A stretch of 63,976 nucleotides of DNA, filler included, from Olpidium bornovanus S191 (GCA_017911155.1; 30 parts of 30 records of this genome joined end to end with filler, not necessarily neighbours in it), one strand, 5' to 3'. Numbered from the whole stretch's first letter, positions 36,258 through 49,066 are shown. Notes: generated by a model from the letters alone, not told the origin. Numbers and translations: made by a program.

Positions 36258-38549
36258 TCACGGCAGAGTCGCTATTCTACACTTCGCCTCCGGTTCCGCG
36301 CTCAGTGGGCCGACCGTTCGGTTTGCCTCCTCGCGTTCAAGCTGTGCGACAGTGATCCACTCCAGGGGCTCCACCGCGAGCCACACGGCCGGCGGTGGCG
36401 GCGGCGGCGGGGCCGCAGGAAACGCCGCCCGGTGTTGCGCGGGAATCGGCTGGGCGGGTGCGACCGCGACCGTGGCGGCGGCAGCGGCGGCGTTGTTAGC
36501 CTTGCGCATCATGGCCAGGCGCTCTTGGTACATCATGTGACGGTGCCGCTCAACTTCCCGCTTCTCGCTCTCCACCACGGCCTCCAGCTGCTCGAAGTGG
36601 TGCAGGCGCAGCTCGAGCTTGCGCACCTGCGCCTCCACCGCCGCCGTCAGCACCTCGCGCGCCGTCCGCTCCTCCTCCTCGGCTAGCAGCCGGGTTTTGG
36701 CGGCCGCGGCGCTCAACGCTTCCACGCACGCTGACTCAGCCCGCCGAAGGCAGTCGGTCGGCTCGCTCCCGTCCACTTCTCGAGAGACGGTCTCCCCGCC
36801 GTTCTCACGGCCTGGTCCGCCCCGCTTGCCCGCGTCCAGTGTCGAAGCCGACCCGCCCGGACGACCCTCGGCGAGCGTGTCGACGTCTTCTTTTCCGGCC
36901 GTCCCGTCTGACGGCGGCGGAGTTGACGGTCCTCGCGCGCTGTCGGTTTTCTCCTCCGCTGCAGCTGCCGAGTTCTCGATATTCCGTCGCTTCGTTGCCC
37001 GACTGGACGGTTCCTCGGCACCGCGTTTCGCAAACCTTGCCGCTGTGGCCGCGACGGCGGGATTGACCATGGAGGCGATGAACGCCACAGCGGACATGAC
37101 CGGATCATGTGTTCGGCTGTACGGCGTCCGATCGTACTGGAGCGCACCGAGCTGGTTCTGGGTGCAACGGAGGTGCGGGTCCGCGGCGGGCAGGTGCAGG
37201 AAGTGTAACACGCACTGCTCGCGTGTCCGCTTGCCGACGTGGGCTGCAACCTTGTCCCAGTCATCTTGGAACATTTCAACGCCTTCCAGCAGAAGAAGCG
37301 ATTCCTGGTCCGTCCACTCGCTTTGAAGGTCGGAGTCGGCTTTGTCCGGGTCTTTTAAACCTGCTTTACCGCCGGCACCGTCCTCCTCGTCGGCCGCCAC
37401 CTCTTTCACAAAGTCCCCTCGGCTCATGGTCGTGGGAAAGGTTCCCCCCAAGAAGCACTTTGCGCACAATTGGTACTCCTTCTTCTTCCAGTTGTAATAC
37501 CGCGTCAACCGGCAATCAGCGCGGCAGACCGCACACTGACTCTTGAGGGCGTTCATATTGTAATCCAATGACGCGACGCTCTTTCCATTCGGTTCGGCGC
37601 TTTCCCGCGCGCCGGTAGTTGCGGTCAGGTATATGGCCTTGCGCGCCGGGAGGTTGTAGTCGGTCGTTTTCTTCATGCTGGAATCGGCCGCTCTTGGCTT
37701 GACAATCTGGGAAACAGGGATGTTCGGCTCAAAAGGCTGCAAACCCCGTGGCGTATCGGCCGTCACTCGGTAGTGGCCTGTAAACGGAGGTCCGACAGCT
37801 GACGGCCTTGTCGCAGGGTCGGCCTGGCAAGGGCACGGGTAATAAGAAGGAGAAGAAGAAGAATAAGAGAAGAAAAACGTCGGGTCGGTGACAGCCTGTT
37901 CGCAAACGCGCTGAGACGGCGCAAAAAACGGCCCGGGCTAATGTAAAAAGTCTACTTGTAAGGCGCCAGATTCACGTCCTACCTGGTAATTTATCAGTCC
38001 CCACTGTTCCAAGAAGGCGTGAACTCTGATAATGGCACACACGTCGCCCGCAAGGTGCCGCCTGCACGCGGTGATAGTGAGGTACTCCCGCGGGTTGAGC
38101 CTGTACGTGTTTATGATGAAGTCGCGATAATCCTTGTATATCTGGGGGTTCTTGCTACGGTTCCTGCCGTTGAAGAACTCTGGCAACGCTTTCCGTTCCG
38201 TGTCCGCCAAACGGTCGAACGAGAACCACGCCGCCGTGTACGGAGGTATCACAGCTCCCGACTCCGCCGCCGCCTTCGCCAGAAGACCGCAGGATTCCGC
38301 CTTGGCCTCCGACAAGTCCGCCCGCAACTGCGGCATGCTCGTCGAGGCGGAGGCATCGCCAGCCTCCGTCGGCGCGTTTGGCTTGTGCGGGGACTGCTGG
38401 CACCGGCCGACCTCTTCCGGAGAAGTTCCCGCCTGCGCAGGTCCTCGGTTGCCACCCGAGCCCGGGTGTTCCGCTGGCACGGCGGCGTCGACGGCGCCCG
38501 GCGATTTCCAGTCGATCTCCATTCTTCGTCCTCCCGCAATGTCGCGCAT
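36258..38549 (-). CDS. SWI/SNF-RSC subunit, Rsc8/Swi3/SMARCC family (SWIRM, ZZ, SANT, coiled coil)
   Basis: [86 protein letters not shown] and [13 protein letters not shown]. The start codon is tentative. Confidence 0.95.
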
Positions 38550-38805
38550 GGTGGCGTGAGGCGGGAGGGAGCCCAGCACTTCTTCCTGGCGCGGGCCACG
38601 CAACACCTCGATGTGACCTGGCGCGGCGGGGCGGTGTTTATCCTGAAGGGCCTCGGTTTGTTCGCGCGCGCGCGCCCGGCGGGAGAGAGAGGGCGAAAGA
38701 GAGAGAGAATGAGAGAGGGGGTGGCGGGGCGTTCCGTCCGGCGTCGCGGCGGATGCGTTGCGCGGGGTGCGGGGTGCGTGCGGTGGGTCCGTGTGCGGCC
38801 GCCCG

Positions 38806-38844
<39 letters not shown>

Positions 38845-39007
38845 CCCTTTTTTTTTTTTTTTCCCCCGGGGGGGGGGGGGGGGGGGATTTGGGGGGGGGG
38901 AAAAAAANNNNNNNNNNNNNNNNNNNNNNNNNNNNNNNNNNNNNNNNNNNNTTAATTAATTAANNNNNNNNNNNNNNNNNNNNNNNNNNNNNNNNNNNNN
39001 NNNNNNN

Positions 39008-41502
39008 ACGACTTCCACGGGTATTGAAGCGGTCGACTGGAACGAATACACGGATGTATTTATACGCTTGCACGGGATGATGTATACGAAAATAGGGTAT
39101 GCTTCCCTGCTGTGGGGCGCGGCGCATGCGCCTGTTTTTCGTATTCTAATATGCCGCTTTACTGCGTGGTTCCCGCCCGCCAGCTTGGACACGATTGACA
39201 CGGTACTTTCGCCTTTTCTTCGAGCGTGGCCCACGTTGTCGAGCGGCCCACCCCTAGCTCCCGTGTCCTTCTACTTCCAAGCCGCCGTCATAAATTTATG
39301 CGCACTGAACGGTTACGGGCAAGCTGCCCGCGGGCTCTCCGACCTCTGGCAGGCGGATTCGCTCCGAGCCTCGTCGCAATCGTCCGATGGCGGTCGTGGA
39401 AGCGAGGAGCCGCTCTCGTCCGCTTTCACCGGGACAGACCAGGAAGAAGAGGGGTTTGACCCTGTCCAGTTGGACGGCGCCCCGAAAGTGACTTTTGGAA
39501 TGATGGCGGCGGCGATGAGGCAGTACCTGGACGCTCTTGCTGGCGATGGTAAATCCATCACCGAAGGTCTGCTGGTGTACGTTGAAGTCATCCTGACCTG
39601 GCTTGTGGGGAGTGGGGTGTTACACGCGTGTGCCGGAGATAGCGTCTGGGACAAACGTTATTCGTACGAGGAGCTGGTGAGCGGCTGTTTTCATCGTTTT
39701 TCTACACTCGCGCGTGACTTTCGGCTCTTGGACATCGTAAAGAGCTGACTGGCCAAACTTTAATGTCAACAGGTCGGCAATGCGTTTTGGTCTACCCTTG
39801 CAAACTTCCTTACGTGTGTAACTCAGCAAGTATCCGCGGAAACGCGAGCGCATATTGCGGACTTTGTCAAGTCGGCAGACCATCCGTCAGCCAGGGCGGC
39901 AAATGAAGGCGGCTCTGCAAACCAGTCATCGCTTAAACTGATGTCGCCGCCGAACCCGGAGGACTGGGCTCTGCGTGGGCTGGGGTTCTTTTCACACACC
40001 CACGGCACACGCGAGACAGGCTTTTGGGACTTCGCGGCCTATGTCAGGGCTTTTGAGAGCTCCGACTGTCCCGACGAGCCTCCCGTCCTGGCAGGCACCG
40101 ATGGCGGTTTGTGGTCGTTAGAAGCGGAGGAAGATGCTCGTGACGGCAGGCGGCGGAGAGTTGTTGAGCTTGGAGCATGGATAAGTCGAGTACGTCGATA
40201 TGGCTGGAAACATAGGTGCAACTGGAATTGGAGCCCATCATGTTGTGGAAGCCTTTGCTCATCAATTCACTTCTTTCCGTTGTGGCCACAGCTCGTTAAG
40301 GGTTTCCGATTTGACGAAGAGAGCGGCACGTTTTCTGCGGATGACTCGCTGGCGGTTACCAAGACTCGTGTTTGCCAAAAAGTACGGGACCACAGGGTAG
40401 CATCCGAAGAGGATAACGACAACGCGTCGAAAGAGGATAACGAGAACGCGTTGACCGAGATCGTTGTGGACGAAGACTCCCCGGAAGCCGACGAGGGGAA
40501 CGATTCGGAAGAAGACAGTATAAGAGCTCTGAAGGTTAGTTTGGTGGACTTGTCTCTTGCCTGGTGATGCGTGACTCGTTTGTGATTGATTTGTAACTTC
40601 CTTTTTGTGGCGTGAAAGGCTCGCCGCGCGCAATTGAAACAGCTTCTCTGCGTCTCCCGCGCCCGGGGCAGCAACACCGCAGCCGACAACGGGTTCCGAC
40701 GTTCCGAGTCGGAGTTTGGCGTCTTAGCAGAGGGACGTTCCGTGCTGGTCATTGACACGAACTGCTTTGCGGGAGATCTATTCCTAGTCAAAAAAATTTT
40801 CGGCATGGCCCGCATCCCTATCGTCGTACCGCTTGTCGGTACGTCTTTGGCGTGTGGCCCCCTTGCCTGCCGTGTACATTGCGACCTCTCAACGGCCAAC
40901 CCAACTAACGATCGGAGAGCCATTCTTTTTACATCGCAGTTGTGACTGAACTTGACGGGCTCCAGAAAAAGAAGAGCCCTCTGGGTGCCGCCGCCGCGGA
41001 AGCACTCAAATTCCTCGACAGTTTCATCAAGAACGGACCAAAGTTGCTGGCGACTCAAAACACTCGCCCGTTGCGCATTGTGACCAGCAAGGGCAACGCC
41101 GTGCCTGGCCTCGGCTTCCGCGAGGCTTTCGTTCTCAACAAGACGGACGGCATGCACGAGGAAGACGACAGTGAAGACGGATCGGACGGCGGCGACCGGG
41201 ACTCTCCCACCGCCGGGATCGGCTGGAACGGCGCAGCTGCCGCCCCGCACCACCACCGCCGCAAAGCGGAGCATCAAGGCGGGCCACAGCAGAAGCTGCG
41301 CAACTTGGATGACCTTATCCTTGAGACGTGCGTCGCCCTCCAGCGGCCGGCCGGAGCGGCGGGAACGGCCTGCTCCGGCGCCGTAGCTCCTATTTTGGTC
41401 ACGGATGACGCAAACCTGCGCATCAAGGCCCGCACCCGTGATGTCGCCACCGCCAACGGAGGAAACATCGTCCGCCAGGCCAAAAGGCAGGGGTGGCTTT
41501 AA
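39008..41502 (+). CDS. SMG6: SMG6/EST1A-like NMD endonuclease (EST1 domain + PIN), 5'-truncated, multi-exon
   Basis: FIRLHGMMYTKI, EDWALRGLGF, and the PIN motifs VLVIDTN, VTELDGL, RNLDDLIL and LVTDDANLRIKA with the acidic residues present. Confidence 0.85.
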
Positions 41503-43833
41503 AGCCGGTGCCCACGGGGTGCCTGGAACCGGGTGGGCCCGACGCTCCCACCCCGGCCTATCAGGTTTTCCCGTCCGGGTTTCGGCGTGCTCGTTAGCTG
41601 ACCGTGTTACACCCTTTTCGGCAAGAGACCCAACAGCGACTGCGAGGCGCCGTCTTCTCCTCACCCTCACCCCCCACCCACCGTTTCCGCCTCAGCAAGC
41701 GAGAGGCCCACCGGCCAGGTTGAATTGTTTTTTTTTTCCTCGCCGCAATTCCCCTCCTGGACGGTCCACTTCGCCACGTTCGCTCATTCGAAATGGGCGC
41801 GTGTTTCTCTCTCTGCTCTGATGATCAGGCCTCGACACCCCAATCCCCAACGGTGCCAAGGAAAAGAACGGGTTCGCATACAGGAGGCTTGATCATGTAG
41901 GTTTGTATACGCGCACGCGGGGGGGGGGGGGGGGGGGGATAGATCCAGAACCAGCATGAATATAAATTTTGCCACGTCCACTTCCCCCGAAACCGGGGCG
42001 TTTTTTCTGTTTTTTTTCATCCGCCTCCCTGCAGGAATTCGGATGTTCTGTGTCCGGGGGTTTTCGTGTAATGCGCACGGGCGAAAGGGATCGGGATGGG
42101 GGCACGGCAAAGGCGAATCCGCCTGCGGCGGACGGAAAAGGGGCGGCAGGGGGCATTTCGCGTGGGACATTTTTTTTGGAGTTTCTTGTTTCTCGCGTTC
42201 TACTTCTTCCCTGGGGCAGAAGGCAACGCAGAGCAGGGGCGGGTCTTTGGAGAGGAGAGAAGAGAAAAGAAGAGGCAACGATGGAGATGCCGCAGGCTCC
42301 CGGACGCCTCCTATGGTTGAATTCTTCCTTTTGTATTGTAAAAGAAGGCGGGTGAGGAGGACGAGCACGTGGAGCTATTTTAGGATACAGAGATGGTCAC
42401 GTGCTCTACGAATCCGCTTGACACGTTTCCCCTCCCCCCCGGCCCCCCTTGGCACGGGCGCACGTGAAGTAGAAAAAAAAAGCGAAATAACTGAAAAAAC
42501 CGGGGCGAATTGTGAAATCACGAGGCGAAAAGCAAAAAGTGACAAAACGGAAAACGAGAAAAAGAGAAAAAGAGAAAAAGTTCAGTAAACGAAGGGTAGA
42601 AAGTTAATTTGATCTGACGTGAGCCGGCCCGCTCCACTTTGTCTCGGCCTTGGCCCTCAACCCTCGTCCTGCCATGATGAAAACGAGGAAGAAACGAAGA
42701 AAAAGAGACAACGTAATTGGCCCTTGTGTGAAGTCGGTCGCTTCAAGATCGACGAGCACAACTTTGGCGGCTTCGCGGCGTGAATCATGGACATTGACGA
42801 CGTCGATTGCTTTCTCGAAAACCGGGCGAAGTCCGGGGGGGCGGGAAAAGTCCCTTTCAAGAACCCATCCGCCGGATTTTCCCTGCGAGGGCGACACCGA
42901 AGACTCGTTACTTTTGCCGGCGTCTTTGAACCTTCTCGAAACCGTACAGTTCACGGAAGTTCCCCACTGTGCTTCGGACCGTTTTCGATAAAGTTTCCGT
43001 GTTTGTCTCTGGCGGTTGTTCGCTGCTTCCTCGGTCGCCGATGTGGAGGGGAAGCGGACCCGTTGCCCGTCGAGGAAGCGCACTCGCGGAGTTGTCGATA
43101 CCAGGTGCATTTTCTCTGCAGGCATCCGACGTGACTTCCGACTTCCGCTGAACTGTGGGCGATGCGAGCTTTGGCGTCCCCGCTCTTTCCGTCCTCCGCT
43201 TCTGCCGCTTGAGGGACATGCTCGCCCTCCATAATTGGCGAGAATGATATTAAAAAGTAAATTTAGAGCAGACGCTCAACAGATGAAGAAGAAGACACAT
43301 ACCAAAAACGGATCCATTTTGCAGTCTTCATTTCGCNNNNNNNNNNNNNNNNNNNNNNNNNNNNNNNNNNNNNNNNNNNNTTAATTAATTAANNNNNNNN
43401 NNNNNNNNNNNNNNNNNNNNNNNNNNNNNNNNNNNNCATGCACAATGCCAACAGGCTCTCCCAATTTTTTGATGTGTGGGCGGAATCACCCGGTGTGTGA
43501 TACGAAGTTAGGAAAAGATCTGGTGCGTAGACTTGTCCGTAGCCGTGTTGGCCTCACGGCAAAATCTTCAAATTGCCTTTCTGCTTCTGTTCAAACTGCG
43601 GGTTATCCAGAACACCGGGCAGCTCGTCTGCGCACGGTGACGAACGGTTTGAGGCCAGTTGGCATTGCCAGTTGAAGTATATTTCCCCGCCCCCCCCCAC
43701 CCGGGTGGGGGGCGGGGGGGGGAGGGTATGTCAGACGAAGGGCGCTTGACATAAAAAAAAAAGAAAAAAAAACCGCGGCGGGCTCTCTCTCCTTCGGGCA
43801 AGTGGTTTACTGGGAACACCCGCCGCGCGCACC

Positions 43834-44154
43834 TTCCAACCCCCCACCCCGCCCTTTCCCCGGCCCACGCCGAACCCGCCGAGCCGTCCGCGATCGTGAT
43901 CGGCGGTCAAGTCCCTTCCACCGCGCCGCCGCACGCGGGCTTCTCCTACCCGCGGAGGTCGCGTCTCCGAGCGTTTCCACTCCCCACCCCGCCGTTTCCC
44001 CGGCCCCCGCCGAAACCGCCGAGCTGCCCGCGATCGTGATCGGGGGTCAAGTCCTTCCACCGCGCCACCCCCGCGGCGGCACGGGGCAGCGCGCGGCGGC
44101 CGCGGGCTGTCAAGCCGCCGCTCTGAGACGCGACCTCCGTGGGTAGGGAAAAGC
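43834..44154. repeat. ~95-bp imperfect direct repeat (period ~140) interleaved with a ~35-bp inverted repeat
   Basis: Direct units at 43834-43928 and 43975-44066. Inverted arms at 43939-43973 and 44119-44154 (core CTACCCGCGGAGGTCGCGTCTC, 21/22 match). Confidence 0.8.
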
Positions 44155-44957
44155 TCGGCGTGTGCCGCGGCCGAAGTCTTCTTCTTTTTTTTTTTTTTTT
44201 TTTCACAGCGGCAGCCGGGCGGTTTTTCCCGCCCCCGTCTGCCGGGAACCACTTCCGCGTTTGCTTGGCGACTCAGACGAAGCGACAGCGACTGACCGCT
44301 CCCGCCGTCGCCCCGGCCCCCGAGTCGAAAGGCTTTTGTCGCAAAGCATCTGATCTTGCGGGGGGAGGGGGGGAAGGGCAGAAAAGGACCGGGACCCGGA
44401 CGCCGTTTTCGCCGTCGGTAAGCCCGTTCGGCGCGACTGGCCCGCTTTTCTCCGACGCCGCCCCCGGGCGACGAGAGCGCGCGGGTAACCCGGCGAACGG
44501 NNNNNNNNNNNNNNNNNNNNNNNNNNNNNNNNNNNNNNNNNNNNTTAATTAATTAANNNNNNNNNNNNNNNNNNNNNNNNNNNNNNNNNNNNNNNNNNNN
44601 CCCCCTTGGCCGCCGTCGTGGTCACGCGGCCGCCGCCGCGGCCGCTCCATGGTCACGCGGGCCCTGCTTCGGAAGGTGTCTCGGAGGTCTCGGAGGTCTC
44701 GGAGGTCTCGGAGGAAGGGAGGTCTCGGAGGAAGGGAGGTCTCGGAGGAGGGAGAGGTTCTGCCCGCGTGGCCCGCCGAGGCGGTTTTTCTGGGGAAGCG
44801 TCCGTGTGGCGTCGTCCCCCCTTTTTTTTTTTTTTTTTTTTTTTTCTTTCCCGGCGCAAAATCGCCGCCCGGCGCCCGGCGCCCGGCGGAAAAACGCCGC
44901 CAGCGTTGGGCTGCAGGCAATGGCGACTTCTTCTTCTTAATTAGTTCGTCCTTGGCT

Positions 44958-45305
44958 TCAACGTCGTCCGACGACGCGTTCGACCTCGTAGTTATCCCCT
45001 TCCACGTCGATGGTGTTGGGTCGTGGGATGATACGGGGGACCGGGATCTCCGCGGGATTTCGGTAGGGTCGGAGGACGCTGGTGTGAAAAACGGGGTGCA
45101 ACCGCATCCCCGTCAGCAGGTCCAACCGGTAATTGTCGTTTGCCAGTACCTCCTCGACCCGGTAGGGGCCGAGGTAGCAGGCTCGGTACTTGGCGGCCAG
45201 TGTCGTGTTCCGGAGGTCGATCCCGCTACGGCGACCATCACGGAGTCCCCGCGTCGAAAGGCCTGCTCTCGACGCGGTCGGTTATATTGCTTGGCCTGCG
45301 CGTCT
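44958..45305 (-). mobile_element. Ty3/gypsy chromovirus integrase C-terminus and truncated chromodomain
   Basis: KQYNRPRR..FRRGDSVMV (frameshift) YLGPYRVEEVL..YRLDL..RLHPVFHTSVLRPY..DNYEVERVVGRR*. Confidence 0.85.
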
Positions 45306-45809
45306 TGTGGTTTGGTTATGTTTGGTTTATTTTTGGGGTCGGGCGGTAACTACTTTGAGGGCAGTGAGGGCTTGAGTACCAACACCCCCCCGCAAGTCCG
45401 AGTCCACAGAACAGGAAGGGAGAAAAGATGTCTCAAGCAAAAAGGAAAGAAAAAAAAAAGTGTAGGATTCGGCGGTAAAAGAAAGGGGAGAAGAAATTGC
45501 GGAAATTTCTGCAGTACTTTCAGTTCGTATCATGTTTGACAAAGAAAAAGAAGGAAGGGGAAGAGAGAAAAGAAAAGAAAAGGGAACAGTTTGGTGGTGC
45601 TCCAGCTCGTGTCTCGCGTGACGGAACCTTGTCGATGACGGAACCTCACGTGGTCTTGTTGTATGGTGCGGGGGCGACCCCGATGGCCAGTCGATGGCGC
45701 TCAAAGTCGGGGCGTGGGAGACCCTTAGTGAACAAATCGGCGACGTTGTCTTTTGACGTGATGGCGATTGGAAGGATTTTCCCATCTGATGCGGCTTCAC
45801 CGACATAAA
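45306..45809 (-). mobile_element. 3' end of Ty1/copia element: RNase H end, PPT, 79-bp LTR (45306-45384), short-LTR family A
   Basis: YVGEAASDGKILPIAITSKDNVADLFTKGLPRPDFERHRLAIGV, then PPT GCGGGGGGG, then TGTTGGTACTCAAGCCCTC...AATAAACC...CAAACCACA, which is homologous to 49489-49581. Confidence 0.9.
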
Positions 45810-47327
45810 NNNNNNNNNNNNNNNNNNNNNNNNNNNNNNNNNNNNNNNNNNNNTTAATTAATTAANNNNNNNNNNNNNNNNNNNNNNNNNNNNNNNNNNN
45901 NNNNNNNNNCATGGCACCGGATGGACAAAGGCGCACCTTGAGATCCGTAGGATCCGGAAACTGATCTCAATTCGCTACGGTTCCCCGCCTGTCCAGCCCT
46001 TCTGCCGCTAAAAGTTGTTTGTACGCCATGTCGAGTGTGGCGAGGAACTCCTTCCGCGTGTCCGAGTCCAACGGGCTCAGGTGAGCAGGATGGCGGGCGC
46101 GGCTCAGCATGGTGGTCGGCATCAGCATGCTGCACAGGGCAGTTTTGGGTTAAAACAGGATCAGTTCCCGCCTCAAAAATACTGACCGGGAGTTTCGGCA
46201 GATTCGAGTCTCCCAAAATTTGACCGGGTGGTATGCGTTTGATCTTCCGCTGCGACAGCGACACCGCCAAGCTCACCGCGGCCGCGCCGGCGGCCGCCCG
46301 GCGTCTTTCAAAGAATGCACCGAATGTCGGGAAGGGCTAGCCCTTCCCGTTTGTTCCGCGGCCGTCTTCGCCGTATCCTGCGCGATAACACCTCGCGGTG
46401 CGGCCGCCGTCGCCGACGGCGGCCCAACAGAGAACCGGGACGCGGGCCGAACGCTGCACCCAGACGACGGCGTCGCCTGGTTCCGCAGCGTAGGAGGTCG
46501 ACCCCGCGACGTAGGCGACTTGACCGCCGTGGGCACGCCACGCCCTGCGGTGCGCTTTGTATTTAGAGGGCTGAATCCTGATCTCGATCGGTCACCGTGC
46601 TGGACCAACGTTCAGACAAAGCAGGAACCGTCAAGCAAAATTTCGAGACTGACAGGCACGCCGCACCGCAAACGACCGCCATAACGTCGGTCAACACAGA
46701 GAAAGGGCAATGTTTGAAAACCAGCTCCTCGCCTGCCGATACCTCGGCTCTTATCCGTTTGATTTGGGCCCGTATCTCTTTCAGCTTACGCTTGCACTGC
46801 CTGTTGGGCGTTCGAAGTGTCGTCCTTTCGTTGGCGACTGACGCACACCGGCGAGGCGCGTCAGCCGCAGCCAGGCCCTCGCAAAGGCGCAGTCGCTGGG
46901 GATCAGTCCGCGACGTTGGTCTCACCTCCTGCAGGCTTGTCGTCCTCTGCCGACACATGGTGCTTTTTCTCCGCGCTTTCCCGCGCCGCAGGCGGGTCTG
47001 TCCGGCTGGCGCCGTTCGGCCTGCTCTGCAGCAGCCGGCGCAGGCCGGGGGACCGCACGAAGCTGAGGGACGGCGGTCGCGCCGGAACGGAACGCCTGAC
47101 AGACGACAGGCGGCGGCCCTCGCTCCGACGCGCCGCCTTCGCCTCCGGGGAGCCCGGCGTGCCGCCGCAGCCGCGCGGGACACGGTGCTGTCCGCCTGCG
47201 GGCGACATCGGCGCGCTCGCGAATTTTTTTTTTTTTTTTTTTTTTTTACAAAATACTGTAACTATGAAGGAGTAAGCCGACTTCGCGGCGGACCCGAACC
47301 GCTATGTACTGGTGGTTACGGCCACGT

Positions 47328-47455
47328 GGGTGAGGGTTACGATCACGTGGCGTTACGCTACAGTCAAGAACTTAATTTAGCGGTTCGGGATTGGGTAAGG
47401 GTTACGGTCACGTGGCGTGACGCTACAGACAAGAACTTAATTTAACGGTTCGGGA
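47328..47455 (+). repeat. 2 x ~63-bp tandem repeat (period 65) with CACGTG cores
   Basis: GGGT.AGGGTTACG.TCACGTGGCGT.ACGCTACAG.CAAGAACTTAATTTA.CGGTTCGGGA at 47328 and 47393. Confidence 0.92.
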
Positions 47456-47879
47456 ATTAATTTTGTATTGAGTGGGGTTTCCATCGATGCGCAAGTGACA
47501 CACCATGTGAGTCACGAATCAATTGCGGGATCCGCAATTGTGCCCGCCAGTGCAGCTCGCCCCGAACCGACCGCGACTACACGGGTCCGCGGTCCTGATC
47601 TTGCGCCCCGGAAACGAAGAACCCGGGCGGAGATCACCGCCGACAATGCAGCCGCGGCTGCAGTGCGGGTTTCCGCGGAAACCCCGCACCGGCAACCTCA
47701 GGAGGGGACCCAAGCATCCGATGCGCCGCCGGCGCCGATGCCGGAATCGCCCAGCATGGACCCTCCTACGGTTTGTCCGCCATCAATGCCGGTGCCTAGC
47801 GCGGATCGCCCCATTGCGAACGTTGCTCGTTCTGCCTCTGATTCGCCCCCTTCTGCGACTTCAAACGCCAAAGCCTCTG

Positions 47880-49066
47880 TACTTTATGTGGTGACTGGGG
47901 AAATTTGGGACCGCAGTACCACCGTGGTTGACGATGCGTTCGCCTTCCTTGTCGCCGAAGCAATTTCATCACAGGAGACATCCGACCCGGAACCAGGCAG
48001 CATAGCTGAGGCTTTGCGCCGTAAAGACTGGGATCTCTGGAAAGCCGCCATCGGCGAAGAAATCCAATCCTTGATGTGCCGCGGTGTCTTCGGGGATATC
48101 GCCGACCTCCTCATCCATCAAACCGGTGGGATACAAATGGGTACTCGTTCGAAAACGGGATGCTAAGAGTAATGTCATCAGGTACAAAGCGAGGCTTGTG
48201 GCACAGGGATTTTCCCAGCGCCCGGGCACCGACTTTGATCAGACGTACAGCCCGATCATGGATGCTGTTACCTTCCGTTTCCTGATTGGCTTGGCGGTTA
48301 CTCATGGCCTCGAGATCCGCCTGATGGACGTCGTAGCTGCTTACCTCTACGGTTTACTCGATGTCGACTTCTACATGAAGGTCCCGCCGGTGCTCGAAGC
48401 TGCGCGCTCGAGCACCCCCATTTGTGCACAGAGTGGACACCGCGGTGTCCTGCTCATGAGAGCCATTTATGGCCTCAAGCAGTCGGGAAGGATGTGGTAC
48501 CAGCATCTCCGCGACTTCTTGGTTGCCAATGGCTATGCCTATGACCAGCTAAGTCCCTGCCTCTTCATCAAACGTACCTATCCGACCCACACAACACTAA
48601 GTCGCAATCCGGTTATGTCTTCATGCGGAATGAAGCTGCATTTTCATGGAAGTCCGCGAAACAGACCCTGACCGCGACTTCGACGAATCACGCAGAAATC
48701 CTAGCCCTCCACGAAGCGTCCAAGGAAGCCGTGTGGCTCCGCTCCCTCGCTCAGCACATACAGAATGCTTGCGGGCTACCTGTTGAAACACGGCCTATGA
48801 CCCTCTATGAGGACAACTCGGCATGCATTGTGCAGATGAAGGCCGGCTTCATCAAAGGAGACAGGACGAAACACATCTTGACGAAGTTTCACTTTACTCA
48901 CGAGATCATGGGCAAGGAGATTGATCTACAGCGCTTGAAGTCTGCGGACAACTGCGCAGATCTCTTCACCAAGGCACTGCCTGTGCTGGCCCATGAGAGG
49001 ATGTACAAAATGATCGGCCTGAGAAGACTCTCCTGCCTGCTTAGAGAGGAGGAGATGGAGATCTAG
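47880..49066 (+). mobile_element. Bianca-like Ty1/copia RT-RNase H relic with internal deletion
   Basis: DPEPGSIAEA..DWDLWKAAI, KPVGYKWVLVRKR..RYKARLVAQGFSQRPG..YSPIMDAVTFRFLI..MDVVAAYLYG, then YLSDPH..SQSGYVF..SWKSAKQT..TSTNHAEI..YEDNSAC..GDRTKHI..ADLFTK. The YVDD-containing RT segment is deleted near 48580. Confidence 0.88.
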
